Origin: Pseudomonadota bacterium
GTDB lineage: Bacteria; Pseudomonadota; Alphaproteobacteria; Rhizobiales; Devosiaceae
Length of the DNA: 61,591 nt
NCBI GenBank assembly: GCA_023436745.1
Contig: JAEZHZ010000256.1
Coordinates: 1 to 61,591, forward strand
Direction: 5' to 3'
Below are positions 12,781-20,859 of this stretch, piece after piece. The stretch's first letter is position 1. Each line of letters opens with the position of its first letter. Under the pieces are notes generated by a model. That model was not told the DNA's origin, searched no databases, and worked only from the letters and a program-made list of their open reading frames with translations. A program made the position numbers and the translations under genes.

Positions 12781-13557
12781 ATGTACCAGCTTCTCGATCC
12801 CAGCCGTTTCGTCGTGTTCATCACCGGTGCCACCTCCGGCTTCGGCGCCGCGGCGGCGCGCCGCTACGTCGCTGCCGGCGGCAAGGTGATCGCCACCGGT
12901 CGGCGCGGCGATCGCCTCGAGGCTCTGCAGCAGGAACTTGGCGCAGACAATTGCCATACGATCGAGCTCGACGTGCGCGACCGCGCCGCCATGGAGCGGG
13001 CGATCGCCGGCATTCCTGCCCCATTCGACCGGATCAATATAGTGCTGGCCAACGCGGGGCTTGCGCTTGGACTGCAGCCGGCGGCCGAGGCCGATCTCGA
13101 TGACTGGCAGACCATGATCGACACCAACGTCTCGGGGCTGGTCTACACCATCCGCCTGCTGCTTCCGGGCCTGATCGAGCGCGGCGGCGGGCACGTGGTG
13201 ACGCTGGGCTCCGTTGCCGGCGAATACGCCTACCCCGGCGGTTCGGTCTATGGCGCCACCAAGGCCTTCGTGCGCCACTTCGCCCTCAATCTCCGCTCGG
13301 ACCTGCAGGGCAAGAATGTGCGCGTCACCGACATCGAGCCCGGCCTGACCGAAACCGAGTTCTCGCTCGTCCGCTTCAAGGGTGACGACCAGAAGGCCGC
13401 CCAGCCCTATGCCGGCACAAGGGCGATGACCGCCGAGGACATTGCTGAATCGATCTTCTGGGCCACGTCGCTGCCGGAGCATGTGAACGTCAACAAGATC
13501 CAGTTGATGGCGACCACACAGGCGATCGGCCCGTTCGACATCTATCGCGGGCCCTAG
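12781..13557 (+). CDS. SDR oxidoreductase, YdfG-like NADP-dependent 3-hydroxyacid dehydrogenase
   Basis: ITGATSGFG, ANAGLALG, YGATK, DIEPGLTETEFSLVRFKGD, LPEHVNVN. Confidence 0.88.
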   Translation: MYQLLDPSRFVVFITGATSGFGAAAARRYVAAGGKVIATGRRGDRLEALQQELGADNCHTIELDVRDRAAMERAIAGIPAPFDRINIVLANAGLALGLQPAAEADLDDWQTMIDTNVSGLVYTIRLLLPGLIERGGGHVVTLGSVAGEYAYPGGSVYGATKAFVRHFALNLRSDLQGKNVRVTDIEPGLTETEFSLVRFKGDDQKAAQPYAGTRAMTAEDIAESIFWATSLPEHVNVNKIQLMATTQAIGPFDIYRGP

Positions 13558-13561
13558 CCCG

Positions 13562-13586
13562 ACAACCATGCCGCCGGCCGCGCGTT
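13562..13586 (+). promoter_or_regulatory. Possible EcfG (general stress sigma) promoter for the 68-aa protein
   Basis: ACAAC-N16-CGTT against consensus GGAAC-N16/17-CGTT; the -35 box is degenerate. Confidence 0.4.
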
Positions 13587-13607
13587 GATCCGGGGAGGAG
13601 ATTTGCC

Positions 13608-13814
13608 ATGCCCAGGCCCCCGGACGACGTCACCCGCATCAATGAAGAAGCCAACCGCCGCTTCAACGGCCCCGACCGTCGCCAGCCGCACACGCCGCGG
13701 AAGGACGAGGACGTCGAGACCATCAACGAGGAGGCCAACGCCGAGTTCTACGGCGATGACGCTGAGCCCGAGATCGGCACCGGCGTCGGCGGCATCAGCG
13801 GCAACCCGGACTAG
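13608..13814 (+). CDS. Small acidic hypothetical protein (68 aa) with internal duplication
   Basis: Strong RBS GGAGGAG; repeats DDVTRINEEANRRFNG and EDVETINEEANAEFYG; GC3-biased codons. Confidence 0.7.
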   Translation: MPRPPDDVTRINEEANRRFNGPDRRQPHTPRKDEDVETINEEANAEFYGDDAEPEIGTGVGGISGNPD

Positions 13815-14086
13815 AGCTCCCGCCGCCGCTTGATCTCGAGGATGCGCTCGGTGTCGCCCGGCTGGAGGAACTGGCCTCGCTCGAGGATCTCCAGCGTATA
13901 TTCCTCATAGGTGAGCCCGAGCTTGGCGGCGCGCCGTGCTCGCATCACCGCGATCTCGGCGGGGATGCCGTGATACGCGTCGTGCACTGCCGCCTTCCAC
14001 TCGAAATACCGGCCGAAGCCACCGTTGCCCCATTCGCGGGCTGGCTCCTCCAGTGGCGGTCCGCCATTGTGTCCGATCTCTCCCAT
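13811..14086 (-). CDS. Hypothetical protein (91 aa) with N-terminal IGHNGGP motif
   Basis: Starts 2 nt after the XRE gene stop; MGEIGHNGGPPLE...RARRAAKLGLTYEEYTLEILERG resembles conserved alphaproteobacterial small proteins. Confidence 0.75.
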   Translation of the reverse strand: MGEIGHNGGPPLEEPAREWGNGGFGRYFEWKAAVHDAYHGIPAEIAVMRARRAAKLGLTYEEYTLEILERGQFLQPGDTERILEIKRRREL

Positions 14087-14088
14087 GA

Positions 14089-14655
14089 TCAGCTCCGGCT
14101 CAGCGCCACCTGGTAGGTGACAGGGACATCCGTCTCATTGGCGAACACCACCTCGCCCGGCGGGCCGAACCCGAGCGCATCGCCGGCTTCGAGGATGTGC
14201 CGCTCTCCGCCCTCGGTGAGGCTCAGCCGCCCTTCGAGCACCACCACGACCTGACGGATGCGGGCATAGGACGAGGCCGGAAGCGCCACCGACTTTCCCG
14301 GTGGCATGGTCACGCGCACCAGTTCCACCGGATGGTCCGGCCGTCCGAACACCTGCCGGCGCACATATCCGGTTTCGGGGTCGGTCCATTCCGGCTGGTC
14401 GGCGGCCCGGACCAGCCGCTCCCCGCCACTCTCCGCCAGCGTCAGCAGCCCAGCCAACGTCAGGTCGAATGCGGTTGCCAGTCGCAGCAGCACCACGGCG
14501 GTGGGGCTGACGTCACCGCGTTCGATCTTGCTGATGGCCGCCTTCGAGACACCGGACCTCTCCGCCAATTCTGCCAGCGACCAGTTCCGCGCCTCCCGCT
14601 CGAGCTTCAGCCGCCGCGCTAGTCTCTGGCTGCTGTCGTTCACCAAAGTGTCCAT
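14089..14655 (-). CDS. XRE-family HTH plus cupin transcriptional regulator
   Basis: WSLAELAERSGVSKAAISKIERGDVSPT HTH; C-terminal cupin VLEGRLSLTEG...LEAGDALGFG. Confidence 0.92.
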   Translation of the reverse strand: MDTLVNDSSQRLARRLKLEREARNWSLAELAERSGVSKAAISKIERGDVSPTAVVLLRLATAFDLTLAGLLTLAESGGERLVRAADQPEWTDPETGYVRRQVFGRPDHPVELVRVTMPPGKSVALPASSYARIRQVVVVLEGRLSLTEGGERHILEAGDALGFGPPGEVVFANETDVPVTYQVALSRS

Positions 14656-14690
14656 ACAGACACTTTAAGATATGCATCCGGTCGGCGCAA
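14645..14690 (-). promoter_or_regulatory. Leaderless sigma70-type promoter and palindromic operator of the XRE gene
   Basis: Minus strand TTGCGC-N17-TAAAGT-N6-ATG; perfect inverted repeat AAAGTGTC-N6-GACACTTT (14645-14666) spanning the start codon. Confidence 0.65.
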
Positions 14691-14693
14691 GGC

Positions 14694-15728
14694 TCAGAGT
14701 TGGTCCCGGTACTCGTGCTCCTGCCCCTGCCAGTCCCTGACGGTGAAGCACCCGTCGCCGCCGGTCACGGCGCTGTCCGCCAGCACCGACTTGCCGTGGC
14801 CGCCCGGGATATCGAGCACGTAGGTGGGCTGGGCCAGTCCCGAGATCCGTCCGCGCAACGCCGACACCAGCCGTTGCCCATCCTCGATGCCGACACGGAA
14901 ATGACTGGTGCCCGGCGCCAGGTCCGGATGGTGCAGGTAGTACGGTTTGATCCGGTTTTCGACGAACGTCTTCATCAGCGCCGCCAGCGTCTCGACGTCG
15001 TCATTGACGCCGCGCAGCAGCACGGACTGGCTGACGAGCACGATGCCCGCATCGGCCAGCAACGCCACAGCCGCACGCGCCCGGTGGGTGAACTCGCGCG
15101 CATGGTTTGCATGGACTGCCAGATAGGTCGCCTTGCCGCTGGCGCGCAGCGCCGCAACCATCGCCGCGTCGATGCGCTCCGGCTCCACTACCGGCACCCG
15201 TGTGTGGAACCGGACGATCCTGACGTGCTCGATCTCCGCCAACCGCCGCATGATCGCCTCGAGCCGCCGCGGCGAGAGCACCAGCGGATCACCGCCGGTC
15301 AGGATCACCTCCCAGACTTCCGGATGTGCCGCGATATAGCCGATGGCAGCGTCGAGCTCGCTGGCGGTGAGCGTGCCCAGACCTTCGGGACCCACCATCT
15401 CGCGCCGGAAGCAGAAGCGGCAATAGACGGGGCAGACATGCACAGCCTTGAGCAGCACCCGGTCGGGGTAGCGATGAACGATGCCTTCGACTGGCGAGTG
15501 CGACAGGTCTCCTATCGGGTCCGCCAACTCCTCCGGCCTCGTCACCAGCTCGGCGGGGTTCGGCACGAACTGCCGTGCGATCGGGTCGTCCGGATCGCCG
15601 CGTTCGATCAGTTCAGCCATGGCCGGGCTGATGGCGACGGCGTAGCGCTCCGCCACCTGCTTGAGCGCGGGAGCGCGCTCCACGAGGCCCGTTGCCGCCA
15701 GTTCATCGATGGAGCGCAGGGTCGTCAT
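14694..15728 (-). CDS. epmB: Lysine 2,3-aminomutase-like radical SAM protein (EF-P beta-lysylation)
   Basis: CPVYCRFC, HRYPDRVL, ILTGGDPL, QSVLLRGVND, DIPGGHGK; ATGA-coupled to epmA. Confidence 0.9.
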   Translation of the reverse strand: MTTLRSIDELAATGLVERAPALKQVAERYAVAISPAMAELIERGDPDDPIARQFVPNPAELVTRPEELADPIGDLSHSPVEGIVHRYPDRVLLKAVHVCPVYCRFCFRREMVGPEGLGTLTASELDAAIGYIAAHPEVWEVILTGGDPLVLSPRRLEAIMRRLAEIEHVRIVRFHTRVPVVEPERIDAAMVAALRASGKATYLAVHANHAREFTHRARAAVALLADAGIVLVSQSVLLRGVNDDVETLAALMKTFVENRIKPYYLHHPDLAPGTSHFRVGIEDGQRLVSALRGRISGLAQPTYVLDIPGGHGKSVLADSAVTGGDGCFTVRDWQGQEHEYRDQL

Positions 15729-16783
15729 TCCGCCACCGGCGCCCATAGCACCTGTTCGATCCGCTGGGCCCCCGTCGCCAGCATCACCAGCCGGTCCAAG
15801 CCCAGGGCGACGCCGCTGGCTTCAGGCATCAGCGCCAGCGCAGCGAGGAAATCCTCATCCACTGGATAGGTCTCGTTGTAGAGCCGTTGCTTCTCAAGCA
15901 TCTCGGCGGCGAAACGGCGGCGCTGCTCCTCGGGATCCGTGAGTTCGCCGAAGCCATTCGCCAGTTCAACGCCCGCGGCATAGATTTCGAAGCGCTCGCT
16001 CACCCGCCGGTCGGCCGGCACCCGCCGCGCCAGGGCGGCCTCCGCCGCGGGGTAGCGATCGAGCACGGTGATCCGCCCGTTGCCAAGCCGGGGCTCCACC
16101 GTCTCGACCAGGATCCAGCTGAACAGATAGCTCCAGCTCCGGTCGTCCGGCACCGCCATGCCACGGCGCGCCATCTCCGCCGCAAGCTTCTCCCCGTCCG
16201 CAACGCCATCGGCATCGATGGTCACGAGCAGGTCGATCCCCGCATGACTGAAGAAAGCCTCCGCCACGCTCACCCGCTCCACCTCCGCCCGCGGATCGCA
16301 CTGCCGGCCGCGGAAGCTGAACCCGTTGATGCCGGTTGCATCCGCCGCCAGCCTGATGATCGCAATGCAATCCTCGATCACCGCGTCGTATGGCTCTTCC
16401 GCCCGGTACCACTCCAGCATGGTGAACTCGGGATGGTGCAGCGCGCTGCGCTCGCGGTTTCGCCACACATGCTGCAGGCTCGCGATCCGCCGCTCGCCTG
16501 CCGCCAGCAGCTTCTTCATGGTGAACTCGGGCGAGGTGTGCAGGTACATCCGCTGCCCCACCCCGTCATTGCCGATCATCTCGGTGGCAAAGGCATGCAG
16601 ATGCGTCTCGTTGCCGGGCGAGCGCTGCAGGCCGGGAGGGTCGACGATGAGGAAGTCCCGCTCCATCAGGTATCCGCGAACTGCAGCATCGATACGGTTG
16701 CGCGCCAGCAGGATCGGCCGGCGGTCGGCATGCACCGAGGGCGTCCACCATGGCGAGGCAGCGCTGGAACGGGTGGGGTTCAT
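15725..16783 (-). CDS. epmA: EF-P lysine aminoacylase (GenX/PoxA)
   Basis: [51 protein letters not shown]; class II LysRS catalytic domain only; adjacent to efp. Confidence 0.95.
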   Translation of the reverse strand: MNPTRSSAASPWWTPSVHADRRPILLARNRIDAAVRGYLMERDFLIVDPPGLQRSPGNETHLHAFATEMIGNDGVGQRMYLHTSPEFTMKKLLAAGERRIASLQHVWRNRERSALHHPEFTMLEWYRAEEPYDAVIEDCIAIIRLAADATGINGFSFRGRQCDPRAEVERVSVAEAFFSHAGIDLLVTIDADGVADGEKLAAEMARRGMAVPDDRSWSYLFSWILVETVEPRLGNGRITVLDRYPAAEAALARRVPADRRVSERFEIYAAGVELANGFGELTDPEEQRRRFAAEMLEKQRLYNETYPVDEDFLAALALMPEASGVALGLDRLVMLATGAQRIEQVLWAPVAE

Positions 16784-16912
16784 TTGACCTTTGTCACCGT
16801 CGAGTCTGGCGGATTGTCGCGGAATAGGATATCGGGCCCTCGACAGAGATATATCGGCGCCTGGACGGTCTGCCCTCTACGACGCGCCACCGAAACGAAC
16901 AAGGAAGAATCC

Positions 16913-17482
16913 ATGGTCAAGGTCATCGCCTCGTCGCTCCGCAAGGGCAACGTCGTCGAACAGGATGGCAATCTGCACGTCATCCTGACCGCCGAGAACG
17001 TACACCCTGGCAAGGGCAACTCGGTGACGAACGTCACCATGCGCCGCATCTCCGACGGCGTGAAGGTGATTGGCCGCTGGCGCACGGTCGAAATGGTCGA
17101 GAAGGCCGATGTCGATGATCGCGAGTACGACTACCTCTACTCTGACGGCGAAGGGCACCACTTCATGGAGCCCCAGAGCTACGAGCAGATCACCGTTCCC
17201 GACGACGTGATCGGCGACCAGAAGGCCTACCTCACCGATGGCATGAAGGTTCACCTGATGACCCACGAGGGCATCGCGCTCTCGATGGAACTGCCCCAGC
17301 GCCTGACCTTCGAGATCGTCGAGACGGAGCCCGTCGTAAAGGGCCAGACAGCCTCCTCCTCCTACAAGCCGGCTGTGCTCAACAACGGCCTGCGCGTGAT
17401 GGTGCCGCCCCACATCGACACCGGCACCCGTATCGTGATCCTCACCGAGGACAATTCCTACGTCGAACGCGCCAAGGACTGA
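16913..17482 (+). CDS. efp: Translation elongation factor P
   Basis: [23 protein letters not shown] loop, [30 protein letters not shown]. Confidence 0.96.
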   Translation: MVKVIASSLRKGNVVEQDGNLHVILTAENVHPGKGNSVTNVTMRRISDGVKVIGRWRTVEMVEKADVDDREYDYLYSDGEGHHFMEPQSYEQITVPDDVIGDQKAYLTDGMKVHLMTHEGIALSMELPQRLTFEIVETEPVVKGQTASSSYKPAVLNNGLRVMVPPHIDTGTRIVILTEDNSYVERAKD

Positions 17483-17499
17483 TCCGGCGCCTCGCAGAC

Positions 17500-17526
17500 G
17501 AAAACGGGCCCCGCGGGGCCCGTTTC
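17500..17526. terminator. Bidirectional intrinsic terminator between efp and the DUF2934 gene
   Basis: AAAACGGGCCCC-GC-GGGGCCCGTTT hairpin with A and T tails between convergent genes. Confidence 0.8.
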
Positions 17527-17750
17527 TATTTGTCGTCCTCGATCTCGTCGGCGGCTTCCAGCCAGTTCGCTTCGGCGCGGCCGGGGGGCGTGCCCTCGGC
17601 GAGCCAGCGGTCGTAGGCGAGCTGGCGCTGATGCATATCCTTGGCCCTGAGCCAGTAGTTGAAGCTCTCCCCCTCCGGACGGCCATCCTGTTCCCACAGG
17701 AAGTATGCCGTCCTTCGGATTGCCTCGGCGAGGCTCGAGTTCTTCAGCAT
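17526..17750 (-). CDS. DUF2934-domain protein, tandem copy
   Basis: IRRTAYFLWEQDGRPEGESFNYWLRA followed by QRQLAYDRWLAEGTPPGRAEANWLEA. Confidence 0.8.
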   Translation of the reverse strand: MLKNSSLAEAIRRTAYFLWEQDGRPEGESFNYWLRAKDMHQRQLAYDRWLAEGTPPGRAEANWLEAADEIEDDK

Positions 17751-17781
17751 CGTCGCAATGCCGCCCGGCGAGGAGTTGAGG

Positions 17782-18273
17782 TCAGGCAGCCTTCTGGTTG
17801 GAGTCTGCCTCTGCCACCTGGGTCAGCTTCTTGTCCGTCGCGATCTCTTCCTGCAGGTTCTGGTCCAGCAGCTTCACGGCGTCATTCAGCCCCAGCTGGC
17901 GCGCCCAGGTCTTCAGGGTGCCGTAGCGGGCGATTTCGTAGTGTTCGACAGCCTGAGCGGAGGACACCAGACCAGCGTCGAGGGCCTGGGTGCCCTTGAA
18001 CTCCGTCATGATCTCCTTGCCTTCCTCGATGATGCCGAGGATGGCATCGCAGGTCTTGCCGCGCGGCGCCTTGCCGATCAGCTCGAACACCTGCTCCAGC
18101 CGCTCGATCTGGCCTTCGGTCTCCATCGCGTGCTGCTCGAAACCGGCGCGGACCTGCTCCGACTCTGCGGCCCTTGCCATCTTCGGCAGCGTCTTCAGGA
18201 TCTGCTTTTCGGCGTAGTAGATGTCCTTCAGGGTGTCGAGGAAGAGATCTTCAAGGGTCTTTTCGCTAGCCAT
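17782..18273 (-). CDS. yciF: Ferritin-like stress protein YciF (DUF892)
   Basis: LFLDTLKDIYYAEKQILKTLPKMA, ETEGQIERLEQVF, AQAVEHYEIARYGTL. Confidence 0.93.
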   Translation of the reverse strand: MASEKTLEDLFLDTLKDIYYAEKQILKTLPKMARAAESEQVRAGFEQHAMETEGQIERLEQVFELIGKAPRGKTCDAILGIIEEGKEIMTEFKGTQALDAGLVSSAQAVEHYEIARYGTLKTWARQLGLNDAVKLLDQNLQEEIATDKKLTQVAEADSNQKAA

Positions 18274-18312
18274 TGTGTCGTTCTCCGATCAAAGGGGTGA
18301 GACTGCCCCTGC

Positions 18313-18337
18313 AACGGAGAGACCCGACGGTGGTTCC
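18313..18337 (-). promoter_or_regulatory. EcfG/SigT/RpoE2 general-stress promoter
   Basis: Minus strand GGAAC-caccgtcgggtctctc(16)-CGTT, an exact consensus match about 40 nt upstream of yciF. Confidence 0.8.
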
Positions 18338-18361
18338 TGCCGGCGGCAAAAGATGGTGGGC

Positions 18362-19330
18362 TCAGGGCCGGAATCGCTCTCCCAGCCAGATCATCTGCCG
18401 CGCGTCCTGGAATGGCCCGCCACCCTCGTGGTTGTTGTAGTCATATTCCACTATCGACTTTGCGCCCGCGAACGCCTGGTAGGCGCCGTAAACGCTGGAC
18501 GGCGGGCAGATATCGTCCATCAGCGCCACCGAGAACAGCGCGTCCGCCTTCGACTGCCGGGCAAAGCAGACGCCGTCGAAATAGCGGAGAGTTTCGAGAA
18601 CGACGCCGGCCTTGTCGCGGTGCTGGGCGAGGAAGCGGACGATCTCGAGATAGGGATCGCGCGCCGCCTTCTGCAGCGCTCGGGGGAAATCGCACAGGAA
18701 AGGCACGTCGGGCATCACCGCCCTCACCGCCGGATGCAGCCCGGCAACGGCGAGCGCGATGCCCCCGCCCTGGCTGCCGCCGCAGACGGCAATCCGGTCC
18801 GGATCGACGAAGTCCTGGATCAGCATCGCATCCACGGCCCGCACGCCGTCGGTGAACACCCGGCGATAGTAGTAATCCTGCTTCGCCAGCACGCCCTTGG
18901 TCATCATGCCAGGGATCGAGGGCGTGGTTCCTGCCGGGTCGGCGGTCGCCCCCACGCTCCAGCCGCTGCCCTGCCCGCGCGTGTCCATGCGGAAATAGGC
19001 ATATCCGGAGGCGGCCCAATGCAGGTTCTCGTGCGCAAAGCCCCGGCCGCCGCCGTATCCGACATACTGCACCACCAGCGGCAGTTTCCCGCTTCGCTCC
19101 CGCGGCAGCGATAGCCAGCCCTTCACCGGCTGGCCGTCGAAGCCGGGAAAGGTCACGTCGAACACCTCGATGGCCTTCAGCGTTGTCTTTGCGGGCACCA
19201 ACTCGACGGCTCCACCGGCCGCCCGCGACGCATCGAGCGTCTCATCCCAGAAGGCGGTGAAGTCGGCCGGTGTCTCGACGCTGCTGCGATAGGCGCCGAG
19301 TTCGGGGTGGATCAGATCGGGAAAGGGCAT
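18362..19330 (-). CDS. Acetylxylan esterase / cephalosporin-C deacetylase (CE7)
   Basis: GYGGGRG, MDTRGQG, YYRRVFTDGVRA, GGSQGGG nucleophile, DDICPPSSV, HEGG. Confidence 0.9.
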   Translation of the reverse strand: MPFPDLIHPELGAYRSSVETPADFTAFWDETLDASRAAGGAVELVPAKTTLKAIEVFDVTFPGFDGQPVKGWLSLPRERSGKLPLVVQYVGYGGGRGFAHENLHWAASGYAYFRMDTRGQGSGWSVGATADPAGTTPSIPGMMTKGVLAKQDYYYRRVFTDGVRAVDAMLIQDFVDPDRIAVCGGSQGGGIALAVAGLHPAVRAVMPDVPFLCDFPRALQKAARDPYLEIVRFLAQHRDKAGVVLETLRYFDGVCFARQSKADALFSVALMDDICPPSSVYGAYQAFAGAKSIVEYDYNNHEGGGPFQDARQMIWLGERFRP

Positions 19331-19443
19331 GGTGCGCTTTCTTGAGGGTGAGTCTGCGTCTTCAATACCCACATTCCTGCGCGCTCCCCACAAGAGGGAC
19401 GTCGCTGATGGACACCGTTTTCTTTGAACCCTCCGAGGGATGG

Positions 19444-20217
19444 CTAGTCGCGGAGGTCCACCCACACCGGCACGTGGTCGCTCGCTCCCTCGCGCCCGCG
19501 CACCTCGCGATCGACGCCCGCAGCCGTAAGGCGCCGGACCAGCTTTTTGGACAGGAGCAGGTGGTCGAGCCGCAACCCGGCGTTCCGCTCCCAGCGCTGG
19601 CGCATATAGTCCCAGAACGTGTAGACGGTCTCGTCGGGGAAGCGCCTGCGGACGGCATCGGTCCAGCCCTGCTCGAGCAGCCGCCGGAAGAGTTCCCGGC
19701 TCTCGGGCTGCACCAGCGCATTGTCCTTGTAGGAACTCGTCGGATAGATGTCGCGCGGCTCGGGCACGATGTTGTAGTCGCCCGCGAGCACGACCGGCAG
19801 TCCGGTGCTCCAGAGCTCCCCGGCATGCGCCAGCAACCGTTCGGTCCATGCGAGCTTGTACGCGAACTTCGGGCCAGGCTGCGGATTGCCGTTGGGCGCA
19901 TAGAGGCAACCGATCAGCACCCCGTTCACTGCGGCCTCGATATAACGCGCCTGCTGGTCGGTAGGATCGCCCGGCAATTCGTCCCGCGTCAGGACGGGGT
20001 CGGCGCCCCGGGCGAGGATCGCGACGCCGTTCCAGCTCGACTGGCCCTTCCACACCGCCCCATAACCCGCATCTGCCAGGGCAGTCGCCGGGAACATCCG
20101 GTCGGTCGACTTCAGTTCCTGGAGGCAGACCACATCCGGCGCCGCATCGGCGAGCCAGTCCATCAGGTTGGCGAGGCGCTTGTTGATGCCGTTGATGTTG
20201 TAGGTGGCGATCTTCAC
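19444..20217 (-). CDS. xth: Exodeoxyribonuclease III / AP endonuclease
   Basis: GTG start overlapping the upstream TGA; MKIATYNINGI, LQELK, NGVAIL, YAPNG, GDYN, GLRLDHLL, SDHVPV. Confidence 0.94.
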   Translation of the reverse strand: MKIATYNINGINKRLANLMDWLADAAPDVVCLQELKSTDRMFPATALADAGYGAVWKGQSSWNGVAILARGADPVLTRDELPGDPTDQQARYIEAAVNGVLIGCLYAPNGNPQPGPKFAYKLAWTERLLAHAGELWSTGLPVVLAGDYNIVPEPRDIYPTSSYKDNALVQPESRELFRRLLEQGWTDAVRRRFPDETVYTFWDYMRQRWERNAGLRLDHLLLSKKLVRRLTAAGVDREVRGREGASDHVPVWVDLRD

Positions 20218-20858
20218 GAGCCGAGCCGCGAGGCCCACTCGTCCACCTTGCGGGCCATCGCCTTGAGGTGATCGGCAGTCGAGAAGCCGGAGATCGCCTT
20301 GCGCGGCTTGAGGTCGTGGTCCCCGTCTTCGAGCCAGAACACCTCGATGCTGTCGGACAGGCCGTAGTCCCCAACCTCATAGCGGTTGCCGAACTCGTCG
20401 CGCGTGCCCTGGCAGATCAGCGCGGGGGTCCTGAGGTCGATGAGATGCGCCGTGCGCAATTGCTGCGGTCTGCCCGGCGGGTGGAATGGATAGCCGAGGC
20501 ACAGCAGCCCGCTGATGCGTCCCGCATCGAACAGGGCATCGGCGACCATGCTCGCCACGCGCCCGCCCATCGACTTCCCTCCGATGACCAGCGGCCCGTT
20601 GGTCGGTCCAAGGTCGTCGACCGCAGCGAGGTACTCCGGCATCACCGTCTCCGCCTTGGGTGGCGGCTTCTTGCCGGCGGCGGTGCGCCGGCTGGCCATG
20701 TAGGCGAACTCGAACCGGGCGACACGAAAGCCCTGCTCGGCCAGAGCCTTCGTCGCGGCATTCACGGAAGCCGAATCCATCGGGGCGCCCGCGCCATGCG
20801 CCAGGAGCAGCGTCACGCGCGCGTCCTCTGAGCCGTCGAACAGGAATTGCGTCGCCAT
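20214..20858 (-). CDS. Small alpha/beta hydrolase (KANL3/Tex30-like family)
   Basis: LAHGAGAPMDS, GGKSMGGR nucleophile, GYPFHPPG, QGTRDEFG, GDHDL catalytic triad. Confidence 0.87.
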   Translation of the reverse strand: MATQFLFDGSEDARVTLLLAHGAGAPMDSASVNAATKALAEQGFRVARFEFAYMASRRTAAGKKPPPKAETVMPEYLAAVDDLGPTNGPLVIGGKSMGGRVASMVADALFDAGRISGLLCLGYPFHPPGRPQQLRTAHLIDLRTPALICQGTRDEFGNRYEVGDYGLSDSIEVFWLEDGDHDLKPRKAISGFSTADHLKAMARKVDEWASRLGS

Positions 20859-20859
20859 G

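Noticed and set aside
15887..17482. 531-aa ORF containing EF-P at its C-terminus
   Set aside because: The extension is antisense to epmA; EF-P starts at 16913 with an RBS. The efp/epmA/epmB cluster with a PGKG loop is a known system
18362..20380. 672-aa ORF suggesting an Xth-region/esterase fusion
   Set aside because: The N-terminal part is an off-frame Arg/Gly-rich read of xth and the intergenic region; the CE7 homology begins at MPFPDL (19330)
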